Origin: Nitrospirota bacterium
GTDB lineage: Bacteria; Nitrospirota; UBA9217
NCBI GenBank assembly: GCA_963740085.1
Contig: CAVUCU010000001.1
Location: 416,001-480,000, forward strand
Length of the DNA stretch: 64,000 bases
Reading direction: 5' to 3'
In this document: piece after piece, positions 1-10,980 of the stretch
How the letters are laid out: every line of letters starts with the position of its first letter
Numbering within the stretch: position 1 is the first letter of the stretch
Made by a program: the position numbers and the translations under genes
The notes under the pieces: model-generated
Told to the model about the DNA's origin: nothing
The model's database searches: none
The model's input: the letters and a program-made list of their open reading frames with translations, nothing else

Positions 1-355
1 GCATCGGAACATAGGTCAACACCGGATCCTTAGAGGTCGGTAATCTCGTGAAGTCCGGCCAGATGAGGCCGTTCATCAGGTGTTTTCTGATGGCCTCGAT
101 GACCCCGGGTATCGCCCGGATATTCACCGGCCTTTTAATGCGACCGATGATGTTGTCGGCCAGGAACAGGAGCGACTTGATATGATCGAGATGGGTATGA
201 CTGATCAGGATGTCAGTGATCTTGAGCTGCGCGGAGAGGGTGAGCGCCGCGGTAATGGTCCCTGCGTCCAGCATCATCACATCATTAACGAGGAACCCCG
301 CCGGATTGTGCCCTATTGCTTCAGATCCGGAGCAGCCCAGTACTTTTACCTTCAC
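1..355 (-). CDS. Class II 3',5'-cyclic-nucleotide phosphodiesterase (MBL fold), runs off the window edge
   Basis: Manual translation from GTG at 355 (RBS GGAGG upstream): MKVKVLGCSGSE...LDAGT...ISHTHLDHIKSL...NGLIWPDF. Not in the ORF track because there is no stop within the window. Confidence 0.85.
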   Translation of the reverse strand, partial: MKVKVLGCSGSEAIGHNPAGFLVNDVMMLDAGTITAALTLSAQLKITDILISHTHLDHIKSLLFLADNIIGRIKRPVNIRAIPGVIEAIRKHLMNGLIWPDFTRLPTSKDPVLTYVPM

Positions 356-495
356 ACATCCTCCCTCTTGCTATTCTTTTACTCTGCCAGAAAACAGAGA
401 TCACGACCGGCTGCTGTTTATCCTTGACGGTCAGGAGTCGAGTTCGTTCACCCGTATGAGATCCTTCATCCTGGCACGGGGGATATTCCGATATG

Positions 496-524
496 ATGAT
501 ATGATTATTGTACTGTCTTGTCAA
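496..524 (-). promoter_or_regulatory. Sigma70-type promoter for the phosphodiesterase gene
   Basis: Minus strand TTGACA-N17-TATCAT. Confidence 0.55.
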
Positions 525-557
525 GACGCTCTACCTTTTTCTCTCTGCGGCTTTTAT

Positions 558-1379
558 TTAACCTTTCCGTTCGCCGCGTCCAAGCAGTACCCCCTGTTTC
601 AGCGCCTTCACGAAAGCCACAACGCGGGATACGAGCTCCTCATTGCCGATGTTCTCTTCGATCACCCTCACGAGCGCGCTGCCCACGATCACCCCGTCGG
701 CGCCCCACATGGCAACCTGCGCAGCCTGGTCAGGCGAGGAGATGCCGAACCCGACGGCAACCGGTTTGTCGGTCACGGGTTTGATCCTGAGCAGGGCGTC
801 CTTGATCGAGTTCTGGACTGCGAGTGTTGAGCCGGTTACGCCGGTGAGCGACACGTAATAGACAAAGCCTTGCGTAGCCTTCGCGACAAGCTTGATCCGA
901 TCTTCGGTACTGGTGGGTGCGATCAGGAAAATGGTATCGAGGCCCTCCTTCTTTGCCGGCAGCATCAGTGTCCCTGCCTCTTCGGGAGGAAGGTCCGGCA
1001 GGATGAGGCCGTCCAGCCCGGCGGCAACAGCATCGTGGACAAATCGCTCTTCCCCGTACTTGAAGATCAGGTTGTAATAGGTCATGAGAATGAGCGGAAT
1101 CGAGCTCGTTTTGCGTACATCGGCCACCAGGCCGAGGACATCGGCAACACTGGTCCGGTTCGCCAGCGAACGGAGGGCCGCCTTCTGGATCACGGGTCCG
1201 TCAGCCAAGGGATCGGAGAACGGCGCGCCGAGCTCAATGAGATCACTTCCCGCCTTTTCCATCTCAAGGATCAGCGTTTTTGTTGTGGCGAGGTCCGGGT
1301 CTCCCGCCATGATATACGGGATGAGCGCGGTCTCGTTCTTTTTCTTGAGCCGCTTGAAGGTGTTTTTAATTCTCGACAT
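558..1379 (-). CDS. trpA: Tryptophan synthase alpha subunit
   Basis: IELGAPFSDPLADGPVIQ, YYVSLTGVTG, VGFGIS, GADGVIVGSA. Confidence 0.98.
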   Translation of the reverse strand: MSRIKNTFKRLKKKNETALIPYIMAGDPDLATTKTLILEMEKAGSDLIELGAPFSDPLADGPVIQKAALRSLANRTSVADVLGLVADVRKTSSIPLILMTYYNLIFKYGEERFVHDAVAAGLDGLILPDLPPEEAGTLMLPAKKEGLDTIFLIAPTSTEDRIKLVAKATQGFVYYVSLTGVTGSTLAVQNSIKDALLRIKPVTDKPVAVGFGISSPDQAAQVAMWGADGVIVGSALVRVIEENIGNEELVSRVVAFVKALKQGVLLGRGERKG

Positions 1380-1500
1380 GATCTTTCCTATTGCGACGAA
1401 GATGGAACGGTCATAAGCCGTTTCCCCGCCCCCGTTTGCGACGGTGTTCCCGGCATGGTTTCCTTCCGGGCAACTGATTTGAACCAGAGAAAGCGGCCAT

Positions 1501-2691
1501 TTACAAATCTACACCTTTGATCTTCGCCACCTGCATCACGTCCTTGTCTCCCCGGCCCGACAGGTTCACGATAACAACCTTGTCTTTGCCGAGCGTCGGC
1601 GCAAGCTTGAGACAATACGCTACGGCGTGCGCACTCTCGAGGGCCGGGATGATGCCCTCCAGGCGCGCGAGCAGATCAAAGGCCTCCATGGCTTCTTCAT
1701 CGACGGCGTAGGTGTATTCGATCCGACCGGTATCGTGATACAACGCGTGTTCCGGTCCCACTGCGGCGTAATCCAGGCCAGCTGAAACGGAATGTGTCAT
1801 CTCGATCTGGCCCTGTTCGTCCTGGAGCACGAATGTTTTGCAGCCCTGGAGAACTCCGAGTGAACCGCCGGCAAAGCGCGCCGCATGCTTTCCGCGTTCG
1901 ATGCCGAGACCGCCAGCCTCGATGCCGTACATCTTTATGGCGGATTCTTTCAAAAACTCGGTAAAAAGCCCCATGGCATTCGAGCCGCCGCCTACGCACG
2001 CAACGAGACAATCCGGCAGACGTCCTTCCATCTTCATGATCTGCTTCCTTGCCTCGCGGCCGATCACGGACTGGAAGTCACGCACCATCATGGGGAACGG
2101 GTGTGGCCCGAAGACCGTACCCAATACGTAATGCGTAGTTGCCACGTTCGTGATCCAGTCGCGCATGGCCTCGTTGATCGCGTCCTTGAGCGTTTTACTG
2201 CCGATGTTCACAGGCCGCACCGTCGTTCCGAGAAGCTTCATGCGGAACACGTTCAGTGACTGGCGCGCCACATCGTCTGTGCCCATGTAGACCTCGCAGT
2301 CGAGACCGAACATGGCAGCTGCGGTTGCCGTTGCCACACCGTGCTGGCCCGCCCCGGTCTCGGCAACCACGCGGGTCTTTCCCATTCGCCTGGCGAGCAG
2401 GACCTGGGCAAGAGAGTTGTTGATCTTGTGAGCGCCGGTGTGGCAAAGGTCCTCTCGCTTCAGGTAGATCTTCGCTCCTCCCAGGTGCTCGGTGAGCCGT
2501 CTGGCAAAATAGAGCGGCGTGGGACGGCCGATGAATTCCCGGTTATAGAACTCGAGCTCGGCCAGATATCCCTTGTCCTTCTTCGCGGCAAGATAGGCGG
2601 ACTCCAGTTCCAAGAGGGCGGGCATGAGCGTCTCAGGCGCAAATTTCCCGCCATAGATGCCGAAGTGTCCCTTTTTGTCAGGCATGCTCAC
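1501..2691 (-). CDS. trpB: Tryptophan synthase beta subunit
   Basis: [16 protein letters not shown] (PLP lysine), [18 protein letters not shown]. Confidence 0.98.
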   Translation of the reverse strand: MSMPDKKGHFGIYGGKFAPETLMPALLELESAYLAAKKDKGYLAELEFYNREFIGRPTPLYFARRLTEHLGGAKIYLKREDLCHTGAHKINNSLAQVLLARRMGKTRVVAETGAGQHGVATATAAAMFGLDCEVYMGTDDVARQSLNVFRMKLLGTTVRPVNIGSKTLKDAINEAMRDWITNVATTHYVLGTVFGPHPFPMMVRDFQSVIGREARKQIMKMEGRLPDCLVACVGGGSNAMGLFTEFLKESAIKMYGIEAGGLGIERGKHAARFAGGSLGVLQGCKTFVLQDEQGQIEMTHSVSAGLDYAAVGPEHALYHDTGRIEYTYAVDEEAMEAFDLLARLEGIIPALESAHAVAYCLKLAPTLGKDKVVIVNLSGRGDKDVMQVAKIKGVDL

Positions 2692-3308
2692 GGCCTCGAT
2701 GCCCTCCTGACCTCGGTGATGAATTTCTTGAGTTTCGCATGGTCCTTGATCCCTTTTTCCTTCTCCACGCCGCCTGCGACATCAACGGCGTAGGGCTGAA
2801 CCAGCTTCACGGCCTCTGCCACATTCTCGGGCGTGAGACCGCCGGCCAGAATGATCTTGCCGAAGGTCTTTGCGACCACCGCAAGGTGCCAATCAAAGGT
2901 CGTTCCCGTCCCGCCCCGTATTCCCTCGCGGTAGCTGTCGAGCAGAAACGCGCCGACACGGTAATGCGCCATGGCCTTCAGACTTTCCTTGTCCTTCACC
3001 TGAAATGCCTTGATCACCCGGTTCTCGAACCGTTGACAAAACTCCGGGGTCTCGTCTCCATGAAGCTGAATTGCCTGGATGCAGGTCCTGTGCTGGATTT
3101 CACGTATCCTGTCCTCACGCTCGTTCACAAAAATTCCAACCGGCATCATGAGCGGCGGCAATTGAGCGATGACCTCGGTCGCCTTCTCCGGTTCGATGTA
3201 ACGAGGACTTTTCTTATAGAAGTTGAAGCCCAGCGCATCCGCTCCGGCATCAGCTGCCGCCAGCGCATCGTCCAGATTGGTAATGCCGCAGATCTTTATT
3301 TTTATCAT
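2688..3308 (-). CDS. trpF: Phosphoribosylanthranilate isomerase
   Basis: [33 protein letters not shown]; start placed at ATG 3308. Confidence 0.96.
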   Translation of the reverse strand: MIKIKICGITNLDDALAAADAGADALGFNFYKKSPRYIEPEKATEVIAQLPPLMMPVGIFVNEREDRIREIQHRTCIQAIQLHGDETPEFCQRFENRVIKAFQVKDKESLKAMAHYRVGAFLLDSYREGIRGGTGTTFDWHLAVVAKTFGKIILAGGLTPENVAEAVKLVQPYAVDVAGGVEKEKGIKDHAKLKKFITEVRRASRP

Positions 3309-3360
3309 AAGTTTTATCGGCCTCAAGCAGGAGCCCGGCGCGCCGCGCCCTCCATCGACC

Positions 3361-4140
3361 TTATTCCTTTCCCAGGAGTTCTTTCACTTTCTTTCCGATA
3401 TCCGTCTCCCGCATCAGACTCTCACCTACAAGGACCGCATCCACGCCGGCGTCATGCAGTTTGACCACATCTGACCGTGTCCTGATCCCGCTCTCGCTGA
3501 CCACCATTCGGTCATCGGGAATATCCTTCAACAGATCAAGCGTCGTCTGCAAACTCACCGCAAAGGTTTTCAGATCCCGATTATTGATCCCCACGAGCGC
3601 TGCCCCCGCGTGCAGGGTTTTGTCCAGTTCTTTATAGGTATGCGACTCGACCAGCACATCGAGACCGAGTTGACGTGCGATCTCAAGATAATCCTCGATC
3701 TGTTGTTTTTCCAGACACGCCGCGATCAGCAGGATAGCGTCTGCCCCGGCCGCCCGCGCCTCGTGGATCTGATACTCATCGATAATAAAATCTTTGCGCA
3801 GAAGCGGCAGCTTTACGACCTTCCTGATCCGGCCCAGATACTCGAGATCGCCCTGAAAGAATTTTCTTTCCGTCAGGACCGAAAGGCACGACGCGCCATA
3901 CTTCTCGTAGATCTGCGAGATCTTTACGGGATCAAAGTCCTCGCGGATCACGCCTTTCGAAGGAGATGCCTTCTTAACCTCGGCTATCAGCCGGATACCA
4001 CCCGTGCCGGAAAGCGCTTTCCCAAATCCCCGGGTTGGCGCCGCATCCAAGGCCTTTGACCTGATATCAGGAAATGGCGCTTGACGTTTCGTCTCAGACA
4101 GTTCCTCTTTCTTATGTGCGATAATCTCATCTAAGATCAT
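3361..4140 (-). CDS. trpC: Indole-3-glycerol phosphate synthase
   Basis: IAEVKKASPSKG, LRKDFIID, GINNRDL, VSESGI. Confidence 0.97.
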   Translation of the reverse strand: MILDEIIAHKKEELSETKRQAPFPDIRSKALDAAPTRGFGKALSGTGGIRLIAEVKKASPSKGVIREDFDPVKISQIYEKYGASCLSVLTERKFFQGDLEYLGRIRKVVKLPLLRKDFIIDEYQIHEARAAGADAILLIAACLEKQQIEDYLEIARQLGLDVLVESHTYKELDKTLHAGAALVGINNRDLKTFAVSLQTTLDLLKDIPDDRMVVSESGIRTRSDVVKLHDAGVDAVLVGESLMRETDIGKKVKELLGKE

Positions 4141-4178
4141 TCCGCCGTTCTTCCTGACACGTAACCATGCCCCTGACC

Positions 4179-5192
4179 CTATACTGAATTCGTAAACGCC
4201 TTCAGCTGTTCCACTTTCCTCAATGCGGCTCCGGAATCTATCGATTCCGCGGCAAGTCTGATCCCTTCCTTGAAATCAAGCGTCTTTCCTGAAGCAACAA
4301 AACCTGCGGCACCGTTCATCAGCACAATATCGCGGCGCGGGCCTTTTTGACCTTTCAGGATATCACGGGTTATGGTCGCGTTCTCTTTCGCATCACCGCC
4401 CCTGAGATCTTCGACCTTTCCGACCGGCAGGCCGAAATCAGAGGGATGAATGACATAGTCCTTTACCTTCCCGTCTTTGAACTCCGAGACCCTGGTCTTG
4501 CCCGTGATCGTGATCTCGTCCAGACCGTCCATGCCATGCACCACGAATGCATGCGCGGCGCCGAGATTGCCGAGCGCCTGGGCTAGCGGTATGGTCAGTT
4601 CAGCGGCATACACCCCCATGATCTGTGAGGTTACGTTTGCCGGGTTCGTGAGCGGACCGAGGATATTGAACAGCGTCCGGATGCCGATCTCTCTTCTTGG
4701 GCCGATCGCGTATTTCATTGCCTGGTGCATCAAGGGCGCGAACAGGAAGGCAATGCCCACGTCTCTCATGCACTCTTCCACCCGATGGGAAGGGATCTCG
4801 ATGTTGACGCCGAGGGCCTGGAGCACGTCAGCACTGCCACTCTTGCTCGAAACCGACCTGTTGCCGTGCTTGGCCACCGTAACGCCCGCGCCGGCGACGA
4901 CAAATGCCACGGTCGTCGAGATATTGAATGTATGCGCCATATCGCCACCGGTGCCGCAGGTATCAAGCTGGTATTTCGCATCGAGCTTGATCCGCACGGC
5001 CTTCTCGCGCATGACCCGCGCGGACCCGGTGATCTCCTCAACCGTCTCGCCCTTCATGCGGAGCGCGGTGATGTAGGAGGCGATCTGGGCGTCCGTTGCC
5101 TCGCCTTGCATGATCTCGCGCATCACGGCCTCGGCCTCGGCCTCAGTGAGGTTGGTTTTCGTAACGACCTTTGCGATGGCTTCTTTGATCAT
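4179..5192 (-). CDS. trpD: Anthranilate phosphoribosyltransferase
   Basis: [29 protein letters not shown]; start placed at ATG 5192. Confidence 0.97.
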   Translation of the reverse strand: MIKEAIAKVVTKTNLTEAEAEAVMREIMQGEATDAQIASYITALRMKGETVEEITGSARVMREKAVRIKLDAKYQLDTCGTGGDMAHTFNISTTVAFVVAGAGVTVAKHGNRSVSSKSGSADVLQALGVNIEIPSHRVEECMRDVGIAFLFAPLMHQAMKYAIGPRREIGIRTLFNILGPLTNPANVTSQIMGVYAAELTIPLAQALGNLGAAHAFVVHGMDGLDEITITGKTRVSEFKDGKVKDYVIHPSDFGLPVGKVEDLRGGDAKENATITRDILKGQKGPRRDIVLMNGAAGFVASGKTLDFKEGIRLAAESIDSGAALRKVEQLKAFTNSV

Positions 5193-5203
5193 AAACACAC
5201 CCC

Positions 5204-5270
5204 GCCACGAAGACACCAAGACTCAAAGGGAAAACAGTTTATTTTCTTAGTGCCTTCGTGCCTTAGTGGC
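5204..5270. repeat. Palindromic intergenic element (8-nt periodic arms)
   Basis: GCCACGAAGACACCAAGACTCAAAG ... CTTAGTGCCTTCGTGCCTTAGTGGC, imperfect inverted repeat around an AT-rich spacer. Confidence 0.8.
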
Positions 5271-5280
5271 AGCATTTGGT

Positions 5281-5844
5281 TCAAAGCTTTAAAAAATTCC
5301 TGAGCAGGTCTTTGCCCACACTGGTCAGGATCGACTCGGGATGGAATTGCACCCCCTCCACCTTGAACTCCTTGTGCCGCACCCCCATGATGATGCCGTC
5401 TTCGGTCCATGCTGAAATTTCGAGCACCGACGGCAGGGTATCGCGCTGAATGATAAGTGAATGGTATCTCGTGGCCTCAAAGGGGTTTTGAAGACCACTG
5501 AAAATGGTCTTTCCATCATGGTGGATCATGGAGGTCTTGCCGTGCATAAGATAGGGTGCGCGGATGACATCTCCGCCGAAGGCCTCGCCGATGGACTGGT
5601 GGCCAAGGCAGACACCCAGGACAGGGACCCTGCCCGCGAAGTGTTTTATCACCTCGATCGATATCCCCGCCTCCCGGGGAGTACACGGCCCGGGAGATAT
5701 CACGATCCGTTCCGGTTTCATTATTTCGATCTCTGCGATCGTGATCTTGTTGTTCCGGTACACATTCAGGTCCTGGCCCAGCTCGCCCAGATACTGGACA
5801 AGGTTATAGGTGAAGGAATCGTAATTGTCGATCATCAATAACAT
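5281..5844 (-). CDS. trpG: Anthranilate synthase component II (glutamine amidotransferase)
   Basis: [32 protein letters not shown]; operon context. Confidence 0.95.
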   Translation of the reverse strand: MLLMIDNYDSFTYNLVQYLGELGQDLNVYRNNKITIAEIEIMKPERIVISPGPCTPREAGISIEVIKHFAGRVPVLGVCLGHQSIGEAFGGDVIRAPYLMHGKTSMIHHDGKTIFSGLQNPFEATRYHSLIIQRDTLPSVLEISAWTEDGIIMGVRHKEFKVEGVQFHPESILTSVGKDLLRNFLKL

Positions 5845-5860
5845 AATAAAAACCTCTATC

Positions 5861-5942
5861 TCTCGCGGAGGCGCAGAGAACGCGGAGAGAAACAACGTCA
5901 AGATCTTCGGTTCAACTCTGCGCGCTCTGCGCCTCTGCGAGA
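5861..5942. repeat. Palindromic intergenic element
   Basis: TCTCGCGGAGGCGCAGAGAACGCGGAG ... CTCTGCGCGCTCTGCGCCTCTGCGAGA. Confidence 0.85.
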
Positions 5943-5951
5943 CACGCGCCT

Positions 5952-7439
5952 TTAATCCAGCCCCTTCTCCGCCATTGCCACGGCCCGCATCATGGCCTTT
6001 GCCTTGTTCACCGTTTCCTGATACTCGGCAGCCGGATCGCTGTCCGCCACCACGCCGCCGCCTGCTTGAATGTACGCAACGTTGTCTTTGATCACCAGCG
6101 TGCGGATCGTGATGCAGGTGTCCATGTTGCCCGAGAACCCGAAATACCCGACCGCGCCCGCATACGGCCCGCGCCGCGTGGGTTCAAGCTCATCGATGAT
6201 CTGCATGGCCCGGATCTTTGGTGCGCCCGACACCGTGCCAGCCGGAAAACACGCCCGGATCACGTCATAAGAGTCCTTGCCGCTGGACAATTTGCCGCGC
6301 ACGTTCGACACGATATGCATCACGTGGGAATACCGCTCGATCACCATGAGTTCGCTCACCTTCACGCTGCCCGGCTCGCTCACCCGGCCCACATCGTTCC
6401 TCCCGAGGTCCACGAGCATGATATGCTCGGCCCGTTCTTTCGGATCAGCAAGAAGTTCCCCGGCGAGCGCCTTGTCCTCTTCTTCCGTTGCGCCGCGACG
6501 GCGCGTGCCCGCGATCGGTCTGAGGTCGATCGTGCCGCCCTCAAGTCTTACCATGACCTCGGGAGACGCGCCCACAACCGTTGCGTCGCCGCAGCGAAGA
6601 AAATACATATACGGTGACGGGTTGACCAGCCGCAGAGCGCGATAGATCTCATAAGGCTCGATAGTGATCTTCGTCCGGAACCGCTGGGACGGAACCACCT
6701 GGAAGATGTCCCCTGCCTTGATGTACTCCTTCGCTTTCAGCACTGCTTGTTCATACTGCTGCCGGGTGAAATTGGACGCGAGGATGTGCTCCCCTGTCCT
6801 CAATTTCTTCCTGACCCTTTTCCCCTGACCCCTGACCCCCGCTTTCAGCTTCCTGACCAGGGCGTTGATCTTCTTCGCGGCCTCTTGATAGGCGACCTCG
6901 GCTGACCTGCCCTTCACATGCGCATTCGAAACGACTTTGATCATGTGGGTGATGTTGTCGAAGATAACCAGTGTGTCGGTTATCATGAAAAAGACGTCAG
7001 GAATGTCGAGACCATTCTTCTCATTGCCCGACAGTTCCTCAAAGAAGCGGACCACGTCGTATCCCATGAACCCGACAGCGCCGCCGAAAAAACGCGGCAG
7101 CGATGGATCGGGCACGGGAACATACGCGGACAGGACCTTCTTGATCACCTCAAGCGGATCATGTTCAAAGGACGATTTTTGAGTTTTCCCGTCCCTGATG
7201 ATTTCTACCGTGCGGCCGAAGCTTCTGATAACGACCGACGGTCTGCTTCCGAGGAACGAATAACGCGCCCACTTCTCACCGCCTTCCATGCTCTCGAGCA
7301 GAAAGGAATGTCTGTGGTCATCGATCTTCTGAAACGCTGACACCGGTGTTTCCATATCCGCAAGGATCTCGCGGTACACGGGAATGAGGTTGCCCTGTTT
7401 CGCCTTCTTTTTGAAGTCCTCAAGAGTGGGCTGGAACAT
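5952..7439 (-). CDS. trpE: Anthranilate synthase component I
   Basis: [50 protein letters not shown]. Confidence 0.97.
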   Translation of the reverse strand: MFQPTLEDFKKKAKQGNLIPVYREILADMETPVSAFQKIDDHRHSFLLESMEGGEKWARYSFLGSRPSVVIRSFGRTVEIIRDGKTQKSSFEHDPLEVIKKVLSAYVPVPDPSLPRFFGGAVGFMGYDVVRFFEELSGNEKNGLDIPDVFFMITDTLVIFDNITHMIKVVSNAHVKGRSAEVAYQEAAKKINALVRKLKAGVRGQGKRVRKKLRTGEHILASNFTRQQYEQAVLKAKEYIKAGDIFQVVPSQRFRTKITIEPYEIYRALRLVNPSPYMYFLRCGDATVVGASPEVMVRLEGGTIDLRPIAGTRRRGATEEEDKALAGELLADPKERAEHIMLVDLGRNDVGRVSEPGSVKVSELMVIERYSHVMHIVSNVRGKLSSGKDSYDVIRACFPAGTVSGAPKIRAMQIIDELEPTRRGPYAGAVGYFGFSGNMDTCITIRTLVIKDNVAYIQAGGGVVADSDPAAEYQETVNKAKAMMRAVAMAEKGLD

Positions 7440-7469
7440 AAAACTCCTTGCAAAATAAGAGGTTTGTGT

Positions 7470-7499
7470 ACTATAACAGATAATTTAAAGAAGTGTCAA
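7470..7499 (-). promoter_or_regulatory. Sigma70-type promoter of the trp operon
   Basis: Minus strand TTGACA-N18-TATAGT with extended -10 TG, 30 nt upstream of the trpE ATG. Confidence 0.65.
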
Positions 7500-7680
7500 T
7501 GAGAAATAAGCGTTGAGATTTGAAGATCCGCAAGAGAGTTTGAAGGGCTGATCAAGTCGGCTATTTATCCAGGGGAAAGCAGTTCATTAGCCAATGACGC
7601 ACATGGATTAAAACAACTTAAAAAAACAGCTCGGCCAGAGTGAGCTTGATGCTCCTCGATTTTCATTCCGCAATCCTGGA

Positions 7681-9576
7681 TCAAATATCCAGCTCCGCAT
7701 ACTCCGCCCGTTCCTGAATAAAGGTGAATCGTGCCTTCGGGTCCTTACCCATGAGACGTTCGAACACATCATCGGTAGCCTTGTGGTCCAGCACCTGCAC
7801 CCTCATCAGGGTGCGGGTTTTCGGGTTCATGGTCGTCTCTTTCAGCGTCTCCGGATTCATTTCGCCGAGACCCTTGAACCGGCCCACCTCGTAGTTTTTC
7901 CCATTCAGCTTAGCGAGGATCTTCTCCTTCTCCATCTCGTCCATGGCGTAGAAGACCTCCTTACCTGCCTCGATCCTGAACAGCGGAGGCATGGCAAGGT
8001 AGATATGCCCATGGTTGATAAGGTCGGGCATGTAGCGGTAAATGAAGGTGAGCAGCAGAACGCTGATGTGGGCCCCGTCCACGTCCGCGTCGGTCATCAG
8101 GATCACACGGTTGTAGCGGAGCTTGTTGAGGTCGAATTGCACTCCCACGCCGCACCCCAGTGTGGCGAGAAGGTTCTTGATCTCGTTGTTCTGCTGGATC
8201 CGGTCGAGGGATGCCACCTGCTCCACGTTCAGGATCTTGCCGCGAAGTGACAGCACGGCCTGGGTCTTGCGGTCACGCGCCATCTTGGCGGACCCGCCCG
8301 CCGAGTCACCTTCCACAATGAAGAGCTCGGTATCCTCCACCTTGTTCGAAGAACAGTCCGCAAGCTTGCCCGGCAGGTTCAGTTTTAACGACGAGAGCTT
8401 CCGCGTAACGTTGTCCTTGGCGGCCCGCGATGCCATGCGCGCCTCGGCGGAAAGCAGCACACGATTTACCACGGCATCCGCCATGGTGGGGTTACCGAGC
8501 AGGTACGCTTCACACGCGGTCTTTACCGAGGCCTCGATGGGCGAGGAGATCTCCGGGTTGTTCAACTTCTCCTTGGTCTGGCCTTGAAATTGTGGATTTT
8601 TTATGAGCACGCTGACGATGCCATAGAGCCCTTCGTACACGTCTTCTGAAGCAATGGTCTTGATGTTCTTCGGGATGAGGTTCTTTCGTTCTGCATAGGC
8701 TCGCACCGCTTTGGTCAACCCTGCCCTGACCGCCATCTCGTGGGTGCCGCCGTCGGACGTGTTGATCGAGTTGGCATAGGAATGGATCTCCATGTCCGTG
8801 GCCAGGGTCCAGTGCATCGCGCACTCTATCTTGAAGTCGTCCTCTTTCTCGAAATAAAAGGGTTCGGCGTTCACGACCGTTGTTCCGGAAACGATGCGCT
8901 TGATATAGTCCTGGATCCCGTTGTCGTATTTGAAGGTGACCGGCTTCTCCCCGTCGCGGCGGTTCTCGATCGTGATCTTGAGACCTTTGTTGAGGAAGGC
9001 CTTGCTCTCTGACACGTCGAGAATGCTCTTATAATTGAAGGTGGTCTTCGCGAAGATCTCCGGATCCGGGCGGAAGTAGATCCGGGTGCCGTGCGCCTTG
9101 GCCGGCTTTCCTTTTTTGAGATTTCCCTTGGGCTTGCCGCGCGAGAACTCCTGAGTCCACTCGTAACCGTCACGCCAGACCGTGGCTATGAAAACCTCCG
9201 CCAGAGCATTCACGACCGATGCCCCTACGCCGTGCAGGCCGCCGGAGGATTTGTAGACCGTGTGGTCGAATTTGCCGCCTGCGTGGAGCGTGCAGAGGAT
9301 GGTCTCGATAGCAGGCCGCTTGGTCTTCGGATGGATGTCAACGGGTATGCCGCGACCGTTGTCCTCAACCATCACCCCGCCGTCCTTCTCGATCGCAATG
9401 GTTATCTGCGTGCAGTAGCCGTTCAGCGCTTCGTCAACAGCATTGTCGAGCGTCTCCCAGACGAGGTGGTGCAAACCGTGCACATCGGTTGAACCAATGT
9501 ACATGGCCGGCCGCTTGCGAACCGGTTCCAGACCTTCGAGTACGGTAATGTCTTTAGCGGTATACGTCTCTGCCAC
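7681..9576 (-). CDS. Type IIA DNA topoisomerase subunit B (ParE/GyrB family, more ParE-like)
   Basis: EGLEPVRKRPAMYIG, DNGRGIP, GGLHGVG, VEGDSAGGS, LRGKILNV, TDADVDG, RFKGLGEM; ~631 aa from GTG 9576. Confidence 0.93.
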   Translation of the reverse strand: MAETYTAKDITVLEGLEPVRKRPAMYIGSTDVHGLHHLVWETLDNAVDEALNGYCTQITIAIEKDGGVMVEDNGRGIPVDIHPKTKRPAIETILCTLHAGGKFDHTVYKSSGGLHGVGASVVNALAEVFIATVWRDGYEWTQEFSRGKPKGNLKKGKPAKAHGTRIYFRPDPEIFAKTTFNYKSILDVSESKAFLNKGLKITIENRRDGEKPVTFKYDNGIQDYIKRIVSGTTVVNAEPFYFEKEDDFKIECAMHWTLATDMEIHSYANSINTSDGGTHEMAVRAGLTKAVRAYAERKNLIPKNIKTIASEDVYEGLYGIVSVLIKNPQFQGQTKEKLNNPEISSPIEASVKTACEAYLLGNPTMADAVVNRVLLSAEARMASRAAKDNVTRKLSSLKLNLPGKLADCSSNKVEDTELFIVEGDSAGGSAKMARDRKTQAVLSLRGKILNVEQVASLDRIQQNNEIKNLLATLGCGVGVQFDLNKLRYNRVILMTDADVDGAHISVLLLTFIYRYMPDLINHGHIYLAMPPLFRIEAGKEVFYAMDEMEKEKILAKLNGKNYEVGRFKGLGEMNPETLKETTMNPKTRTLMRVQVLDHKATDDVFERLMGKDPKARFTFIQERAEYAELDI

Positions 9577-9650
9577 GAATGAACCTCCCTGCCTTCTCGC
9601 TAAAAATAGCACAACACGACGACAGCGGTCAATGGGAAAATCAGAAACAC

Positions 9651-9750
9651 GAAGGACGGCGGAAGACTGTTCGCTTCGCTCACGAGGACGATGGAGGCAA
9701 CGACTTATCGTCCATCGTTCCTCCGTCCTTCATCCCTCGTCCCTCGTCCT
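9651..9750. repeat. Heptamer-armed (GGACGAK/CTCGTCC) element with conserved core
   Basis: Core GTTCGCTTCGCTCACGAGGACGATGG at 9669-9694 followed by TCGTCCC-type tandem units. Confidence 0.8.
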
Positions 9751-10973
9751 TGTAGTTCGCGAATCCTCTCCACCACCGGAGGATGGGAGTAATGGAACGC
9801 CGCATAAAGCGGGTGGGGGTGCAGATTGGCCAGGTTCTCGCGCGATAGTTTCACCAGGGCGGACGCCATGGCATCCGGACGACCGGTAAGTTCGGATGCA
9901 AAATGGTCTGCCTCGCGCTCGTCTCTCCGGGACAGATACGAGAACAGCGGGGTGAGCGGGAACATGACAAGAGAACTTAAAAACACCAGGATAACGATGC
10001 GGGAGAAGAATGAAGCATCCGCAAGACCGACCATGCCCGGCAGGCCGTTCCAGGTGAGGAGATGAAAAGCCAGAAACAATCCGCAGAACGCCATGCCCTC
10101 GGTCAGAACGAGCCGCTTCAGTACATGCCGCTTCTTCCAGTGACCTGCCTCGTGCGCAAGGACGGCGAGGATCTCCTCCTGCGTCATCTGCTCGATCAGG
10201 GTATCGAACAGAACGATCCGCTTCACCCGGCCGATGCCGGTAAAGTATGCATTCGAATGGCGGCTTCTGCGGGACGCGTCCACCTGGAACACGCGGCTCA
10301 CCTTTAGCCCGGCGCGCTCCATGAGATCCCGTACTTTCTCCTCCAACCCCCCTGCCTTCACGGGTTCAATTTTAAAAAAAAGAGGTTCTATAACGACCGG
10401 CGAGATATACATGACGAAAATGCCGAAGACCAGGAGAAAGGACCATAGCCAGACCCACCACCACGCGGGGCTGGCCTGTATGATTGCGAGCGCCGAGAGA
10501 GCGACCACGGAACCCAGGACCGAAGAGATCGCGACCGACTTGATGAGATCGGTGAACCAGAGACGCATTGTCATGGTATTGAAACCGTAGCGATTTTCTA
10601 TCCTGAAATTCCTGTAGAGGCTGAAGGGAATATCTATGAGCATCTGGGCATACATGAGGATAAGAAAAAAAATCAGCCCTCCCCAGAGAAGCGAGCCGGT
10701 GAACGAGAGGATCCACCGGTCATAGACCCCGAGTAACCCCCCGAAGAGGAAGAGGATGGTAAGGAGATTGCCGAGGATGGATTCAAGAAGACCGAACCGG
10801 CTGTTCTCAAGGGTATAATCGGATATTTTTTCCAGAAGCGCCGGATCAACCACACCCTGAAATTCAGGGGGCACGGTCCGTCCATGGACTTTTAAATAGG
10901 AAAGGTTCAGATACCTGAGCCAGTATCCGGTCCCCAAAACGATCAGGTAAGCAATGAAAACAGCGGCAGACAT
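9705..10973 (-). CDS. M48 family (Ste24-like) membrane zinc metallopeptidase
   Basis: Multiple TM segments, SNAYFTG, AVLAHEAGH, EREAD, YSHPP. Confidence 0.93.
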   Translation of the reverse strand: MSAAVFIAYLIVLGTGYWLRYLNLSYLKVHGRTVPPEFQGVVDPALLEKISDYTLENSRFGLLESILGNLLTILFLFGGLLGVYDRWILSFTGSLLWGGLIFFLILMYAQMLIDIPFSLYRNFRIENRYGFNTMTMRLWFTDLIKSVAISSVLGSVVALSALAIIQASPAWWWVWLWSFLLVFGIFVMYISPVVIEPLFFKIEPVKAGGLEEKVRDLMERAGLKVSRVFQVDASRRSRHSNAYFTGIGRVKRIVLFDTLIEQMTQEEILAVLAHEAGHWKKRHVLKRLVLTEGMAFCGLFLAFHLLTWNGLPGMVGLADASFFSRIVILVFLSSLVMFPLTPLFSYLSRRDEREADHFASELTGRPDAMASALVKLSRENLANLHPHPLYAAFHYSHPPVVERIRELQGRGTRDEGRRNDGR

Positions 10974-10980
10974 GGGACGC

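Noticed and set aside
360-490. Possible SRP RNA or riboswitch in the phosphodiesterase leader (minus strand CCGTCAAGGATAAACAGCAGCCGG)
   Set aside because: Spacing and the GNRA loop do not fit SRP domain IV, and no riboswitch consensus was recognised.
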